A stretch of DNA of 64,000 nt from a virus. Below, one piece after another: positions 56,176 through 63,890 of this stretch. A model generated the notes under the pieces. The model ran no database searches. It was given only the letters and a program-made list of their open reading frames with translations, and had not been told where the DNA came from. The DNA lies in IMG/VR virus record IMGVR_UViG_3300032304_000900, positions 13,914 through 77,913 of that record, one strand, 5' to 3'. Positions within the stretch are counted from its first letter, which is position 1. The number at the start of each line of letters is the position of its first letter. The position numbers were made by a program, and so were the translations under genes.

Positions 56176-56443
56176 TTTTAGTAAGGTAATACCTCGATTG
56201 GTTAACAAATCTTTCGATAACATTATAATCTTTCATTTTTTGTTTATAAATTTGCCAAGCTGGGCTGTCATAGTTTTCTGAAAGATTCATTTCGTGTTCA
56301 TTCTCATCAAGAAAGATAGAAAAATATTTATCCATTTTCATCTTTTCAAGAACGAACGCATTATAAATCTCATACAAACTAGCATCAGGGTCAGCTGAAT
56401 TCAAATAATTAGCGAACTCTTTCTTTGCTTCTTCCAATGTCAT
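56168..56443 (-). CDS. Hypothetical protein
   Basis: 91-aa ORF, translationally coupled within the operon. Confidence 0.7.
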   Translation of the reverse strand: MTLEEAKKEFANYLNSADPDASLYEIYNAFVLEKMKMDKYFSIFLDENEHEMNLSENYDSPAWQIYKQKMKDYNVIERFVNQSRYYLTKNV

Positions 56444-56589
56444 TACTCAACCTTTCCGTTAAGGTGCTCACGCAAGAACTTAACAACTTGGCTGTATTTT
56501 GTAAAAACATATGTTTGGTATACATCATGTTCTGGATTTTGGAAGTCTACGACAAATCCATTATCTACTTTTTTAATATTGATTTCCAT
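56443..56589 (-). CDS. Small hypothetical protein (48 aa), not in the ORF track
   Basis: MEINIKKVDNGFVVDFQNPEHDVYQTYVFTKYSQVVKFLREHLNGKVE*; strong AAGGAG SD; TAATG overlap with the next gene. Confidence 0.8.
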   Translation of the reverse strand: MEINIKKVDNGFVVDFQNPEHDVYQTYVFTKYSQVVKFLREHLNGKVE

Positions 56590-56598
56590 TATTTCTCC

Positions 56599-57630
56599 TT
56601 AGTTAATAACAACTGAATATGAGCCAATTTTCGGCACAAGTTCATTTCTCACAGTAAAATCAAAAGTAACAGGAACAGATGCATCTGTCATTACGATAGA
56701 TGTATTTGTTTTAAAATAGTGCGATGCGCTAAAGAATAAGAAATTATCTTTCTTGGTTGTTCCCGCACTAGCAAAATCTGCTACCTTGATGTCAAACTTG
56801 GTGTAATTCAAATTATGAATCACCCTACCCTCTGTATCCTTAAACACAATCGTTGTTTTGATAGTGTTAAATTTTGGAAAGTTTCGCATCTCATAACCAA
56901 GATTTGCGCATCGTTGTTGATCTAATCTACTGCCTGCTTCAACAAAACAATAAGCATATCCTGGACGTGTTTCACTCTCTGATGGATTCGAAAGGATATT
57001 ACCAACAACAAAAATTGGATTAGAGAAAGATACTGGCAAGTAAACATTACTTTGGTAAGTTTTCTTAGCCGTGTTCATATTACCAGCATAGAGAACAAAT
57101 TTCTCAAAATCCTGTACCCATTTTTGTTGCCACTTCACCCGACCACTAATCGTAACAACAGTAACATCATGATGGGGTCTCACATCAACTCGCTGGTCAG
57201 CAAGATAAAGCATCTGGCCATTAGAGTCAAGTTTGTCCATAACCTCTTTTCGATTGTTCATTTCAGCGATTTTATTTTGTGTTCGCTCATTGAACAAAGG
57301 TTTATCTCGTTGGACTTCGAATGTACCTTGTTTGCTATCATCAACAACAGCACGAATCTTAACATGCCATAGTCCGTCTTTCTTCTCGGAAGTTAGGACT
57401 TCAGATTCAATGATGACACCAGAAACATAGTCATCGATTTCTTCATTATATCGATCCCCACGAACGCTACGGTGACCAAGATTAAAAGAGCCTGTTATCG
57501 TTTCAACAGCAGAGATTTTCGCTCGGCGAACTGCTTCGTCTTGCGTTTCGCCCTTACCTGTTGAGTGGATTGTTGTAGCAGCAAAGGCAACTTGCGAGAC
57601 AAACAAAGTTGCCGCAACAAGAATTTTCAT
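56599..57630 (-). CDS. Secreted/periplasmic protein with LPP20/FlgT-N-like N-terminal domain
   Basis: Signal peptide MKILVAATLFVSQVAFA; G.G.T.DEA.R.A...AVE...G motif. Confidence 0.6.
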   Translation of the reverse strand: MKILVAATLFVSQVAFAATTIHSTGKGETQDEAVRRAKISAVETITGSFNLGHRSVRGDRYNEEIDDYVSGVIIESEVLTSEKKDGLWHVKIRAVVDDSKQGTFEVQRDKPLFNERTQNKIAEMNNRKEVMDKLDSNGQMLYLADQRVDVRPHHDVTVVTISGRVKWQQKWVQDFEKFVLYAGNMNTAKKTYQSNVYLPVSFSNPIFVVGNILSNPSESETRPGYAYCFVEAGSRLDQQRCANLGYEMRNFPKFNTIKTTIVFKDTEGRVIHNLNYTKFDIKVADFASAGTTKKDNFLFFSASHYFKTNTSIVMTDASVPVTFDFTVRNELVPKIGSYSVVIN

Positions 57631-57631
57631 T

Positions 57632-58303
57632 TTATCGTAATCCTTCAATCATTGCTTTGAGTTGATGGGATGCAGCAATCGAATGCTTAGAAACACGAAC
57701 TTCTACTGATACTAGGTTGCTATCTTTCTCTACGTTTCGAGCTGTAATAACAAGACCACGCAAAAGAGCAGCAGAGTTGTCAGTCATTTGTTCTTTAACA
57801 TACGTCGCAACACGCTGACCACGATTACGATCTTCAGCTGTCATAGTTTCTGAATTACCACCACTATCTAAATCTAGATCTTCAAGATTTGACGTCTTAT
57901 CATTACCTTCAGTCTTATTAGACTTTAATGATTCATTCGAATCATTCTTTAGAAGTGTTTTGGTAATTGTTCTTGAAAATTTGTTTGAACTAACATCATT
58001 AGACAAGAATTCCGAAACATTTCTCTTGGCACGCATCAATGCAATATTATATGCATCTTCACGTGACGCTGTATGATTTGTTTGGATATAAGCAGTTCCT
58101 GTTGCAGTAAGACCATAGAAATTTCCTTGTTCGTCAAACTCAACTTTAATGAGTCCATTTGATTTTAGAAATTGTGCTTCTCTTTTTTCTAGTTTAGCAA
58201 CTGGAGCAGGTGCCTCGGGTGGCAGTTGCGATACAGTTTTGGTTGAAGAACAACCAGTAGCAAATAACGCAACAACAGCCATAACAACTACACTTCGTTT
58301 CAT
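57632..58303 (-). CDS. Lipoprotein (LPP20-like)
   Basis: Lipobox MKRSVVVMAVVALFATG-C; ATGTA...A...A.MRAKRNVSEFL...V.V.V pattern. Confidence 0.7.
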   Translation of the reverse strand: MKRSVVVMAVVALFATGCSSTKTVSQLPPEAPAPVAKLEKREAQFLKSNGLIKVEFDEQGNFYGLTATGTAYIQTNHTASREDAYNIALMRAKRNVSEFLSNDVSSNKFSRTITKTLLKNDSNESLKSNKTEGNDKTSNLEDLDLDSGGNSETMTAEDRNRGQRVATYVKEQMTDNSAALLRGLVITARNVEKDSNLVSVEVRVSKHSIAASHQLKAMIEGLR

Positions 58304-58336
58304 TTTAAAATTCCCTTTTTAAGTTTAGGTAATTAT

Positions 58337-58365
58337 ATTATACCTGAATATTGATTAAATGTCAA
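58337..58365 (-). promoter_or_regulatory. Consensus sigma70 (early) promoter
   Basis: TTGACA (58365-60), 17 bp, TATAAT (58342-37), upstream of the lipoprotein gene. Confidence 0.85.
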
Positions 58366-59536
58366 TACCCTCACCCTCATATTCATCCAATAGATCTTCG
58401 TCTTCGAACAAGTCATTCTTCGTTTGTTCTCTAAGAGATATGCTTTCGATAAATCCTTTAATCGAAGAATTTTGTTTAACCAATGGATTGCTATACCATA
58501 TCTTCTGTGGTCCATCCGAAGAAAAATACTCCTTCAATTCTGTGTACTCTATGTAAATACCTTTCTTGTCGTTCTCTTTACTATATTCTTCGATCGCTTC
58601 TTTCTTTAGTTTCGAATATTCAAGATTCTTTTCGACAAATTCGAAACCATGATATTTTGGTCGAAGAATTAACTCTGGCCAATTGTTCGCATATAATTGT
58701 GATTTGGCAATGTAGTTATACAACAACCAAAACTTCGAACGTGGCACTAATGCTGTGCTATATAATACTTCTTGTATGTTTACGAATGATTCGACTTCTT
58801 TACTAAGAACAACAGAAGCAATTAGTTCGGGACTATACATAAAATACTTTGTTGTTCCCATTCCATTTTGCGAAATAAGATGTTGTAGAATTGGTGTTGG
58901 GTGAGAACCCCATGTGCATTTTGTCATTGGAGCTGTTGATGATAGAGGATTAATTAGCAATCCATCTGTGGTATCATATGATGGTTCTCCAAGTTTATAT
59001 CTGGTAAGTTGCATATCACCACCAGCCATAATAAAGATTCCATCTTTAGTAAACTGTTCAAGCCACAACTGCATTGTTGTTCTTGCATTTGTGATTTTAT
59101 ATTTCTTAACAATCTCTGGGCAGTATTTTGAATAAAACTCACCCATGTTAATGTTAAACACTTTATATTTTAAATTGTATTTTTCACAGAATTCTTTTGC
59201 GTTTAGAACATCGTGTAAATTATAATTATCTTCCATAACAATAATACATGGTATAAATGGCATCTTAAGTTCTAGTAGAGTTAGACACACAATCTGAGAA
59301 TCAAGACCACCAGACAAACCAACATAGATTGGCTTATCATATTGAGTACATAAATGTTCTGTTGCTAGAATGCATTCTTCGCGAAATGACTTTGGCTTTC
59401 TTGTGCATCTACCAATCGTCATCTTGAATGGTTGTTCGTAATTTGGTTCATTAAACCATTCAGTATCATCTTCGCCCCAACCCCAGCGATAATGATTGTC
59501 TTTAGAATATTGAAAATTCAATTCATCTAATTTCAT
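58355..59536 (-). CDS. PP-loop (N-type ATP pyrophosphatase / asparagine-synthetase-C-like) protein
   Basis: IYVGLSGGLDSQIV PP-loop; D...A.EFC.KYNL; acidic tail. Confidence 0.7.
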   Translation of the reverse strand: MKLDELNFQYSKDNHYRWGWGEDDTEWFNEPNYEQPFKMTIGRCTRKPKSFREECILATEHLCTQYDKPIYVGLSGGLDSQIVCLTLLELKMPFIPCIIVMEDNYNLHDVLNAKEFCEKYNLKYKVFNINMGEFYSKYCPEIVKKYKITNARTTMQLWLEQFTKDGIFIMAGGDMQLTRYKLGEPSYDTTDGLLINPLSSTAPMTKCTWGSHPTPILQHLISQNGMGTTKYFMYSPELIASVVLSKEVESFVNIQEVLYSTALVPRSKFWLLYNYIAKSQLYANNWPELILRPKYHGFEFVEKNLEYSKLKKEAIEEYSKENDKKGIYIEYTELKEYFSSDGPQKIWYSNPLVKQNSSIKGFIESISLREQTKNDLFEDEDLLDEYEGEGIDI

Positions 59537-60050
59537 ACTTTTCCCAAAATGACTTGTCTCTGAAACCGATGTATGGAAGTTTCAAATTAAAATGATAACG
59601 CCAAGCAATGTAACTCAGGTATGTGTTACAATTATTGAACGCCAGATTGATGTTTGTGTTGAGAGGATAATGTTCTTCTATACCTTTCCAGTTGAATATT
59701 GCATCCAATCTGGGAGAATTTCCAAACCAAAGAGTAGATGGATCACGATCGGAAACTATCAGCTGTCTCTCAGTATAATTATCTCTTTCGCAGAAGAAAA
59801 TATTTGCTTGCTGAACTTCTAATGTTTCACGATCCGTGATCTCAAAGGTTTTCCAAGCATATCCATTATACTCAGCAATCCAAGAGTGTTTACCTCCTGG
59901 TAGTTTTCCCTTTAATCCCCAAGCATTAGCGGAGAGAAAACAAGTCGCTGGTAGTTTTATGGATTTAAGAACATCAGTTTTACTTATATCAGCATCACGC
60001 CAATCAGAAAACTTGTTCCATTTTGTAGTAATTGTCGTGCTGCCTATCAT
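59523..60050 (-). CDS. Permuted papain-like (DUF3750/PPPDE-type) protein
   Basis: KHSWIA (His) ... WFGNSPRL ... YP ... NNCNTY (Cys), the order of permuted NlpC/P60 enzymes; start uncertain because it overlaps the upstream gene. Confidence 0.55.
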   Translation of the reverse strand: MIGSTTITTKWNKFSDWRDADISKTDVLKSIKLPATCFLSANAWGLKGKLPGGKHSWIAEYNGYAWKTFEITDRETLEVQQANIFFCERDNYTERQLIVSDRDPSTLWFGNSPRLDAIFNWKGIEEHYPLNTNINLAFNNCNTYLSYIAWRYHFNLKLPYIGFRDKSFWEKYEIR

Positions 60051-60816
60051 ATGCTTGTTTCCAAACTTTAATATCTTGTTCCCAATTTCCTGTTGGTTCT
60101 GGATCATGTAACATGTAATTATACTCATCGACTCCAGAAACCATTACTGTTGACTCTGGTGAAAATGTAGCAATAGGTTTAGCATCAGTAGCAACATAAA
60201 TAAAACCAATAGCAACTCTTGGTGTTTCAGAACGATTAACATCTGATCCATGAACAGTAAATGGACTGTGTATTATAAATGTTCCAGGTCTTGCCTCAAC
60301 ATGAACAATATTATCTTTACTATACTCATCTATTGTTTGTCCACGCATTAATAAATTTTCATCAGTTTTAATATCTGAATGTTTTGACTGACCTTGTTTA
60401 TGGGATCCAGGAACGTATTGAAGACATCCCATTTCTTTTGTTGCGCCAGATAAAGTTGCCCAAACAGTTAATCCTTTTTCTTTTGGTAAAAAATTCCAAT
60501 ATGTAGCATCTTGATGCCAAGAAACATAATTATCGCTTTGTGGATATTTTATCCAAACCAGTGTATCCCAACAAGAAAAATTTGGTCCAAGAATTTGTTT
60601 TACATAATCAACAATCACAATGCTCTTTGAAATTTCATTAATGAATGGAAAAAGAACATTCGCTTTACAGCGATAATCAGTATTCATCCAATTCATCTCA
60701 CGCATCAAACGATATACTTCGTTTTGATATTCTTGAATTTTATGTGTTGCTAAAAAACGAACAGGTCCATAATACCCTTGCTCATCAAATATTTCTTTTA
60801 CTGTTCTTTCAGCCAT
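60004..60816 (-). CDS. Phytanoyl-CoA dioxygenase (PhyH)-family 2OG-Fe(II) oxygenase
   Basis: F.EQGY, WHQDATYW, TVW..LS.AT.EMGCLQYVPGSHK, VHGS..N.S...R; facial triad intact. Confidence 0.9.
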   Translation of the reverse strand: MAERTVKEIFDEQGYYGPVRFLATHKIQEYQNEVYRLMREMNWMNTDYRCKANVLFPFINEISKSIVIVDYVKQILGPNFSCWDTLVWIKYPQSDNYVSWHQDATYWNFLPKEKGLTVWATLSGATKEMGCLQYVPGSHKQGQSKHSDIKTDENLLMRGQTIDEYSKDNIVHVEARPGTFIIHSPFTVHGSDVNRSETPRVAIGFIYVATDAKPIATFSPESTVMVSGVDEYNYMLHDPEPTGNWEQDIKVWKQAYDRQHDNYYKMEQVF

Positions 60817-60838
60817 TAAATCTCCAATGAATATTCAT

Positions 60839-60867
60839 ATTATACTTAACATTTCAAAAAATGTCAA
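60839..60867 (-). promoter_or_regulatory. Consensus sigma70 (early) promoter
   Basis: TTGACA (60867-62), 17 bp, TATAAT (60844-39), upstream of the PhyH gene. Confidence 0.85.
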
Positions 60868-61352
60868 GCAATTTTTCTAAATTCAACAACATGTTTCATT
60901 CGATCTGCTGCATAAGAAGCAGCAAATGCATTTGGTTTTACTAGAGGAACAACATTACACATTCCACGAATATATCCAACAGCTTCATTTATTACACATG
61001 AAGATCCATATTTTTCATCTGGATTAATATCCAAATGCACCTCAATATCATTAGGTATTTCTTGAGCAAGTTCTAAGTATAATTCTGCAACTTTATATAC
61101 TTCATTCATTAATCGCATGCGTGGACGATCTTGTTTCTGATCGAAATCCATTTCTTTTTTAACTGCCCCAAAAATTTTACATCCATTATTACCATTGATA
61201 TGAACAACAACAGCAAGAATGTAATCAGCATACCATTGTTTGCCAATCTTATATCTTTCAGAGTCACAACCAATGTAAATTTTTGTTGTTGGATCGCAAT
61301 TATCAACGAACTCTTTTACTTCTTGAATGTTAACTTTTTCTTTATACCTCAT
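60864..61352 (-). CDS. RNase H-like protein (YkuK/DUF458 family)
   Basis: IYIGCDS, RLMNEV, IEVHLDIN, KPNAFAASYAADR; start at MRYKE (61352) with GGAGA SD. Confidence 0.8.
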   Translation of the reverse strand: MRYKEKVNIQEVKEFVDNCDPTTKIYIGCDSERYKIGKQWYADYILAVVVHINGNNGCKIFGAVKKEMDFDQKQDRPRMRLMNEVYKVAELYLELAQEIPNDIEVHLDINPDEKYGSSCVINEAVGYIRGMCNVVPLVKPNAFAASYAADRMKHVVEFRKIA

Positions 61353-61371
61353 ATCAATCTCCACTAAAAAC

Positions 61372-61454
61372 TGGTGCGGATGGTCGGAATCGAACCGACA
61401 AGCCGAAGCGAGGGATTTTAAGTCCCTTGTGTTTACCTATTTCACCACATCCGC
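61372..61454 (-). tRNA. tRNA-Leu(TAA)
   Basis: GCGGATG...AGGGA-CTTAAAA-TCCCT...GGTTCGATTCC...CATCCGCACCA; long variable arm; CCA encoded. Confidence 0.93.
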
Positions 61455-61460
61455 ATTGTT

Positions 61461-61538
61461 TGGAGTTGAGGGTGGGATTCGAACCCACGAATCGACAGTT
61501 TTGCAGACTGCGCCATTAGACCACTCTGGCACCCCAAC
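61461..61538 (-). tRNA. tRNA-Cys(GCA)
   Basis: GCAGT-CTGCAAA-ACTGT anticodon arm, TTCGAAT T-loop, U73 discriminator, CCA. Confidence 0.9.
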
Positions 61539-61539
61539 A

Positions 61540-62073
61540 TTAATATGCCCAAGCAACAAATGTATATCTTGTTCCTTCTGTTACCTCTGTTACACTATGC
61601 GGATATAGAAACGTAGAAGGAAACATAATAATGTCCCCTTGTTTTAATTTCAATACCTCTCCGTTTAAAACAAATTGTCCACCTTTAAAATTGTCATTTA
61701 ATATGCCAAGAAATGTAAGAACAGGAATTCCATCTGTTGGATTTCTGCGAATCAAATCAAAATGCTCTGACATTACAGTTCCTGTCTTATACTTGTTCAA
61801 TCTTATATTACTGTGATTGCTTACCAAGTTACTTAATTTTAACTCATCATAGTATTTATGTAAAACACTTTGTAAAAATTGTTTTAGAACATCTAAATTT
61901 TTATTGTAAAGAACATCAAGTTCTTTTGTGTGATGTGCTTTCTTTTCATCAGAAATATTGTTATACCAGTTGTGTGTTTTCCACTCTTCATCATTCTCGT
62001 ATAACAATATCACCGACTCACATATATCTTTCGGCACAACATTATAAACTTTTACAAAATTGTTTAGATTCAT
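61540..62073 (-). CDS. 2OG-Fe(II) oxygenase (prolyl-4-hydroxylase-like) inserted in the tRNA array
   Basis: EHFD (HxD), LNDNFKGGQF, FPSTFLYPHSV, GTRY; true start MNLNN at 62073 with GGAGA SD. Confidence 0.88.
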   Translation of the reverse strand: MNLNNFVKVYNVVPKDICESVILLYENDEEWKTHNWYNNISDEKKAHHTKELDVLYNKNLDVLKQFLQSVLHKYYDELKLSNLVSNHSNIRLNKYKTGTVMSEHFDLIRRNPTDGIPVLTFLGILNDNFKGGQFVLNGEVLKLKQGDIIMFPSTFLYPHSVTEVTEGTRYTFVAWAY

Positions 62074-62087
62074 ACTATCTCCATTAA

Positions 62088-62162
62088 TGGTGGGCTGGGA
62101 GAGAATTGAACTCTCACTCAACCGATTATGAGTCGACTGCTTTACCATTAAGCTACCAGCCC
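62088..62162 (-). tRNA. tRNA with CAT anticodon, probably tRNA-Ile2 (lysidine type)
   Basis: AGCAGTCGA-CTCATAA-TCGGTTG closely resembles the bacterial Ile2 anticodon arm; G1:C72; CCA. Confidence 0.8.
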
Positions 62163-62182
62163 ATTATTATTACTATTTTATC

Positions 62183-62270
62183 TGGCGGAAGAACTGAGAT
62201 TCGAACTCAGGGAACATTTCTGTTCGGCAGTTTTCAAGACTGCTGGTTTAAGCCACTCACCCACTCTTCC
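62183..62270 (-). tRNA. tRNA-Ser(TGA)
   Basis: GCAGT-CTTGAAA-ACTGC, long variable arm, G73, CCA. Confidence 0.93.
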
Positions 62271-62277
62271 TAAAACT

Positions 62278-62351
62278 TGGCATCCCGATAGGGACTCGAA
62301 CCCCAACCAACAGTTTTGGAGACTGCTATGCTGCCATTACACTATCGAGAC
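62278..62351 (-). tRNA. tRNA-Trp(CCA)
   Basis: GCAGT-CTCCAAA-ACTGT, G73, CCA. Confidence 0.92.
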
Positions 62352-62367
62352 ATTACTCTTCATAATT

Positions 62368-62443
62368 TGGCATCGCCAGAGGGGATCGAACCCCCGACCC
62401 ACAGCTTAGAAGGCTGTTGTTCTATCCACTGAACTATGGCGAC
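62368..62443 (-). tRNA. tRNA-Arg(TCT)
   Basis: ACAGC-CTTCTAA-GCTGT, CCA. Confidence 0.93.
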
Positions 62444-62453
62444 AAATTTATTT

Positions 62454-62530
62454 TGGTCCGAGTGGCAGGGTTCGAACCTGCGACCCTCTGCTCCCAAAGC
62501 AGATGCGCTACCAGACTGCGCTACACTCGG
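62454..62530 (-). tRNA. tRNA-Pro(TGG)
   Basis: TCTGC-TTTGGGA-GCAGA, C1:G72, CCA. Confidence 0.93.
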
Positions 62531-62535
62531 ATACT

Positions 62536-62609
62536 TGGTGCCCCGTGACAGAATCGAACTGCCAATTGATGATTACAAATCAACTGTTATACCATTTAAC
62601 TAACAGGGC
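62536..62609 (-). tRNA. tRNA-Thr(TGT)
   Basis: GTTGA-TTTGTAA-TCATC (one mismatch in the stem), CCA. Confidence 0.85.
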
Positions 62610-62614
62610 AAAAC

Positions 62615-62690
62615 TGGCTGTCTAGGGTGGGCTCGAACCACCGACCAAGTGATTAACAGTCACCTACTCTACCGACTGAGCTACTAGACA
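62615..62690 (-). tRNA. tRNA-Asn(GTT)
   Basis: GGTGA-CTGTTAA-TCACT, G73, CCA. Confidence 0.92.
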
Positions 62691-62696
62691 ACAAAC

Positions 62697-62770
62697 TGGT
62701 TGCGGATGCTGGAGTCGAACCAACAACTGAAGCATATGAAACTTCCGAGATACCGTTTCTCTAATCCGCT
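62697..62770 (-). tRNA. tRNA-Met(CAT), initiator-like acceptor end
   Basis: GAAGT-TTCATAT-GCTTC anticodon arm; unpaired 1:72 (A:A); ends CCGCAACCA. Confidence 0.8.
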
Positions 62771-62776
62771 ATTATA

Positions 62777-62861
62777 TGGTGGGTTGTCGTGGAATCGAAC
62801 CACGTATGCCTGAGGCGACAGATTTACAGTCTGCTGAAGTCACCAATGCTTCTCACAACCC
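62777..62861 (-). tRNA. tRNA-Tyr(GTA)
   Basis: GCAGA-CTGTAAA-TCTGT, long variable arm, CCA. Confidence 0.92.
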
Positions 62862-62862
62862 A

Positions 62863-63141
62863 TTATTCAGCTTCTGAAAAAATTTTCGACCAGCTTTGCA
62901 ATTTTAACATCTTTTCATTTTTTGCAGCCATGACATTCGATTCGTTTACAATACCAGAATCTAGCATCAAATCAATCATACACATTAAATCGCCAAGTTC
63001 TTCCTCTAGACGATCTTTGTTACTTGCGCTGTTGTATGTTGATTCAAACCCAAAACGAAAAACCTTACTAATCGCTTGTGTTACTTCAGCGCATTCTTCC
63101 TGAGTAATAAGCAGGATCTCTTTATCAATATCACTAATCAT
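62863..63141 (-). CDS. MazG-like nucleotide pyrophosphohydrolase
   Basis: EECAEVTQAISK..RFG...LEEELGDL (EExxE...EExxD); start MISD at 63141 with AAGGA SD, downstream of the promoter. Confidence 0.8.
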   Translation of the reverse strand: MISDIDKEILLITQEECAEVTQAISKVFRFGFESTYNSASNKDRLEEELGDLMCMIDLMLDSGIVNESNVMAAKNEKMLKLQSWSKIFSEAE

Positions 63142-63161
63142 AATTTTCCTTTCATACTTCA

Positions 63162-63190
63162 ATTATACCCTAATTCTGAATATTTGTCAA
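63162..63190 (-). promoter_or_regulatory. Consensus sigma70 (early) promoter for the MazG-tRNA cluster
   Basis: TTGACA (63190-85), 17 bp, TATAAT (63167-62). Confidence 0.85.
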
Positions 63191-63286
63191 GGGATAACCC
63201 TACAGGCTGTAAGGTCTTTTACATCAACCCCTACACTGGTATTTTACGCTTTCAAATAATATATATCAAATAAATATCCGAACAAG

Positions 63287-63294
63287 ACTAAATA
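63287..63294 (+). promoter_or_regulatory. Late promoter ACTAAATA
   Basis: Octamer upstream of the 63360 gene. Confidence 0.6.
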
Positions 63295-63359
63295 ATGATG
63301 GATGTGTGAATCCTCTATACAATGATAATTATAAAAACCTAAACAGTAAAGGTAGTAAA

Positions 63360-63890
63360 ATGATTAAAAAATTCGCATCGGCGAGTCTTTTGGTCATGGT
63401 TTCATCACTTGCGATTGCTCAACCAATTGTAACCGACTCGACTTCTAGAAGCACAACAGACTCAACATCAAATAGCACAACAACAATTAAATCGCCACCT
63501 CCCACAGCAGTGGCTCCAGCAATTACATCCATCAATAACGATGTCTGCGCAGTAGCAGCATCTGGTGCAGTTCAAACTCAAATTCTTGGTATCTCCATGG
63601 GTGGGACTATGAGAGATATGAATTGCGAAAGAATTAAACTTTCCAAAAATCTTTATGACATGGGTATGAAAGTAGCAGCAGTTGCTACTTTATGTCAAGA
63701 CGAACGTGTATTTGCTTCTATGTTAGCAGCAGGAACACCATGTCCTATTGAGGGTAAGATTGGCGAAGCAGCAAAAGAAGAATGGAAGAAACGTGGCGCA
63801 TTAGATAATGTTGATAAAAAATCAATTGGTAATTATGCGGTAAAACCTCCAGTTGTTGAAATGAGCAAACCAGCGGAGAAAAACGATTAA
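63360..63890 (+). CDS. Secreted Cys-containing hypothetical protein
   Basis: Signal peptide MIKKFASASLLVMVSSLAIA, Ser/Thr-rich linker, four Cys (DVC, NCE, LCQD, TPCP); likely start 63360 with AAGGT SD. Confidence 0.7.
   Translation: MIKKFASASLLVMVSSLAIAQPIVTDSTSRSTTDSTSNSTTTIKSPPPTAVAPAITSINNDVCAVAASGAVQTQILGISMGGTMRDMNCERIKLSKNLYDMGMKVAAVATLCQDERVFASMLAAGTPCPIEGKIGEAAKEEWKKRGALDNVDKKSIGNYAVKPPVVEMSKPAEKND

Noticed and set aside
58355-60128. A bona fide lasso-peptide cluster
   Set aside because: No precursor peptide or RRE domain is visible, and the papain-like gene lacks a recognisable lasso B2 signature; kept only as an analogy in the operon finding.
62074-62148. N-terminal extension of the 61540..62148 ORF
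   Set aside because: It overlaps the tRNA at 62088-62162; the real start is the SD-preceded ATG at 62073.
61327-63103. Plus-strand ORFs 61327..61608, 61737..62087 and 62789..63103
   Set aside because: They are antisense to tRNAs, the oxygenase or the MazG-like gene.
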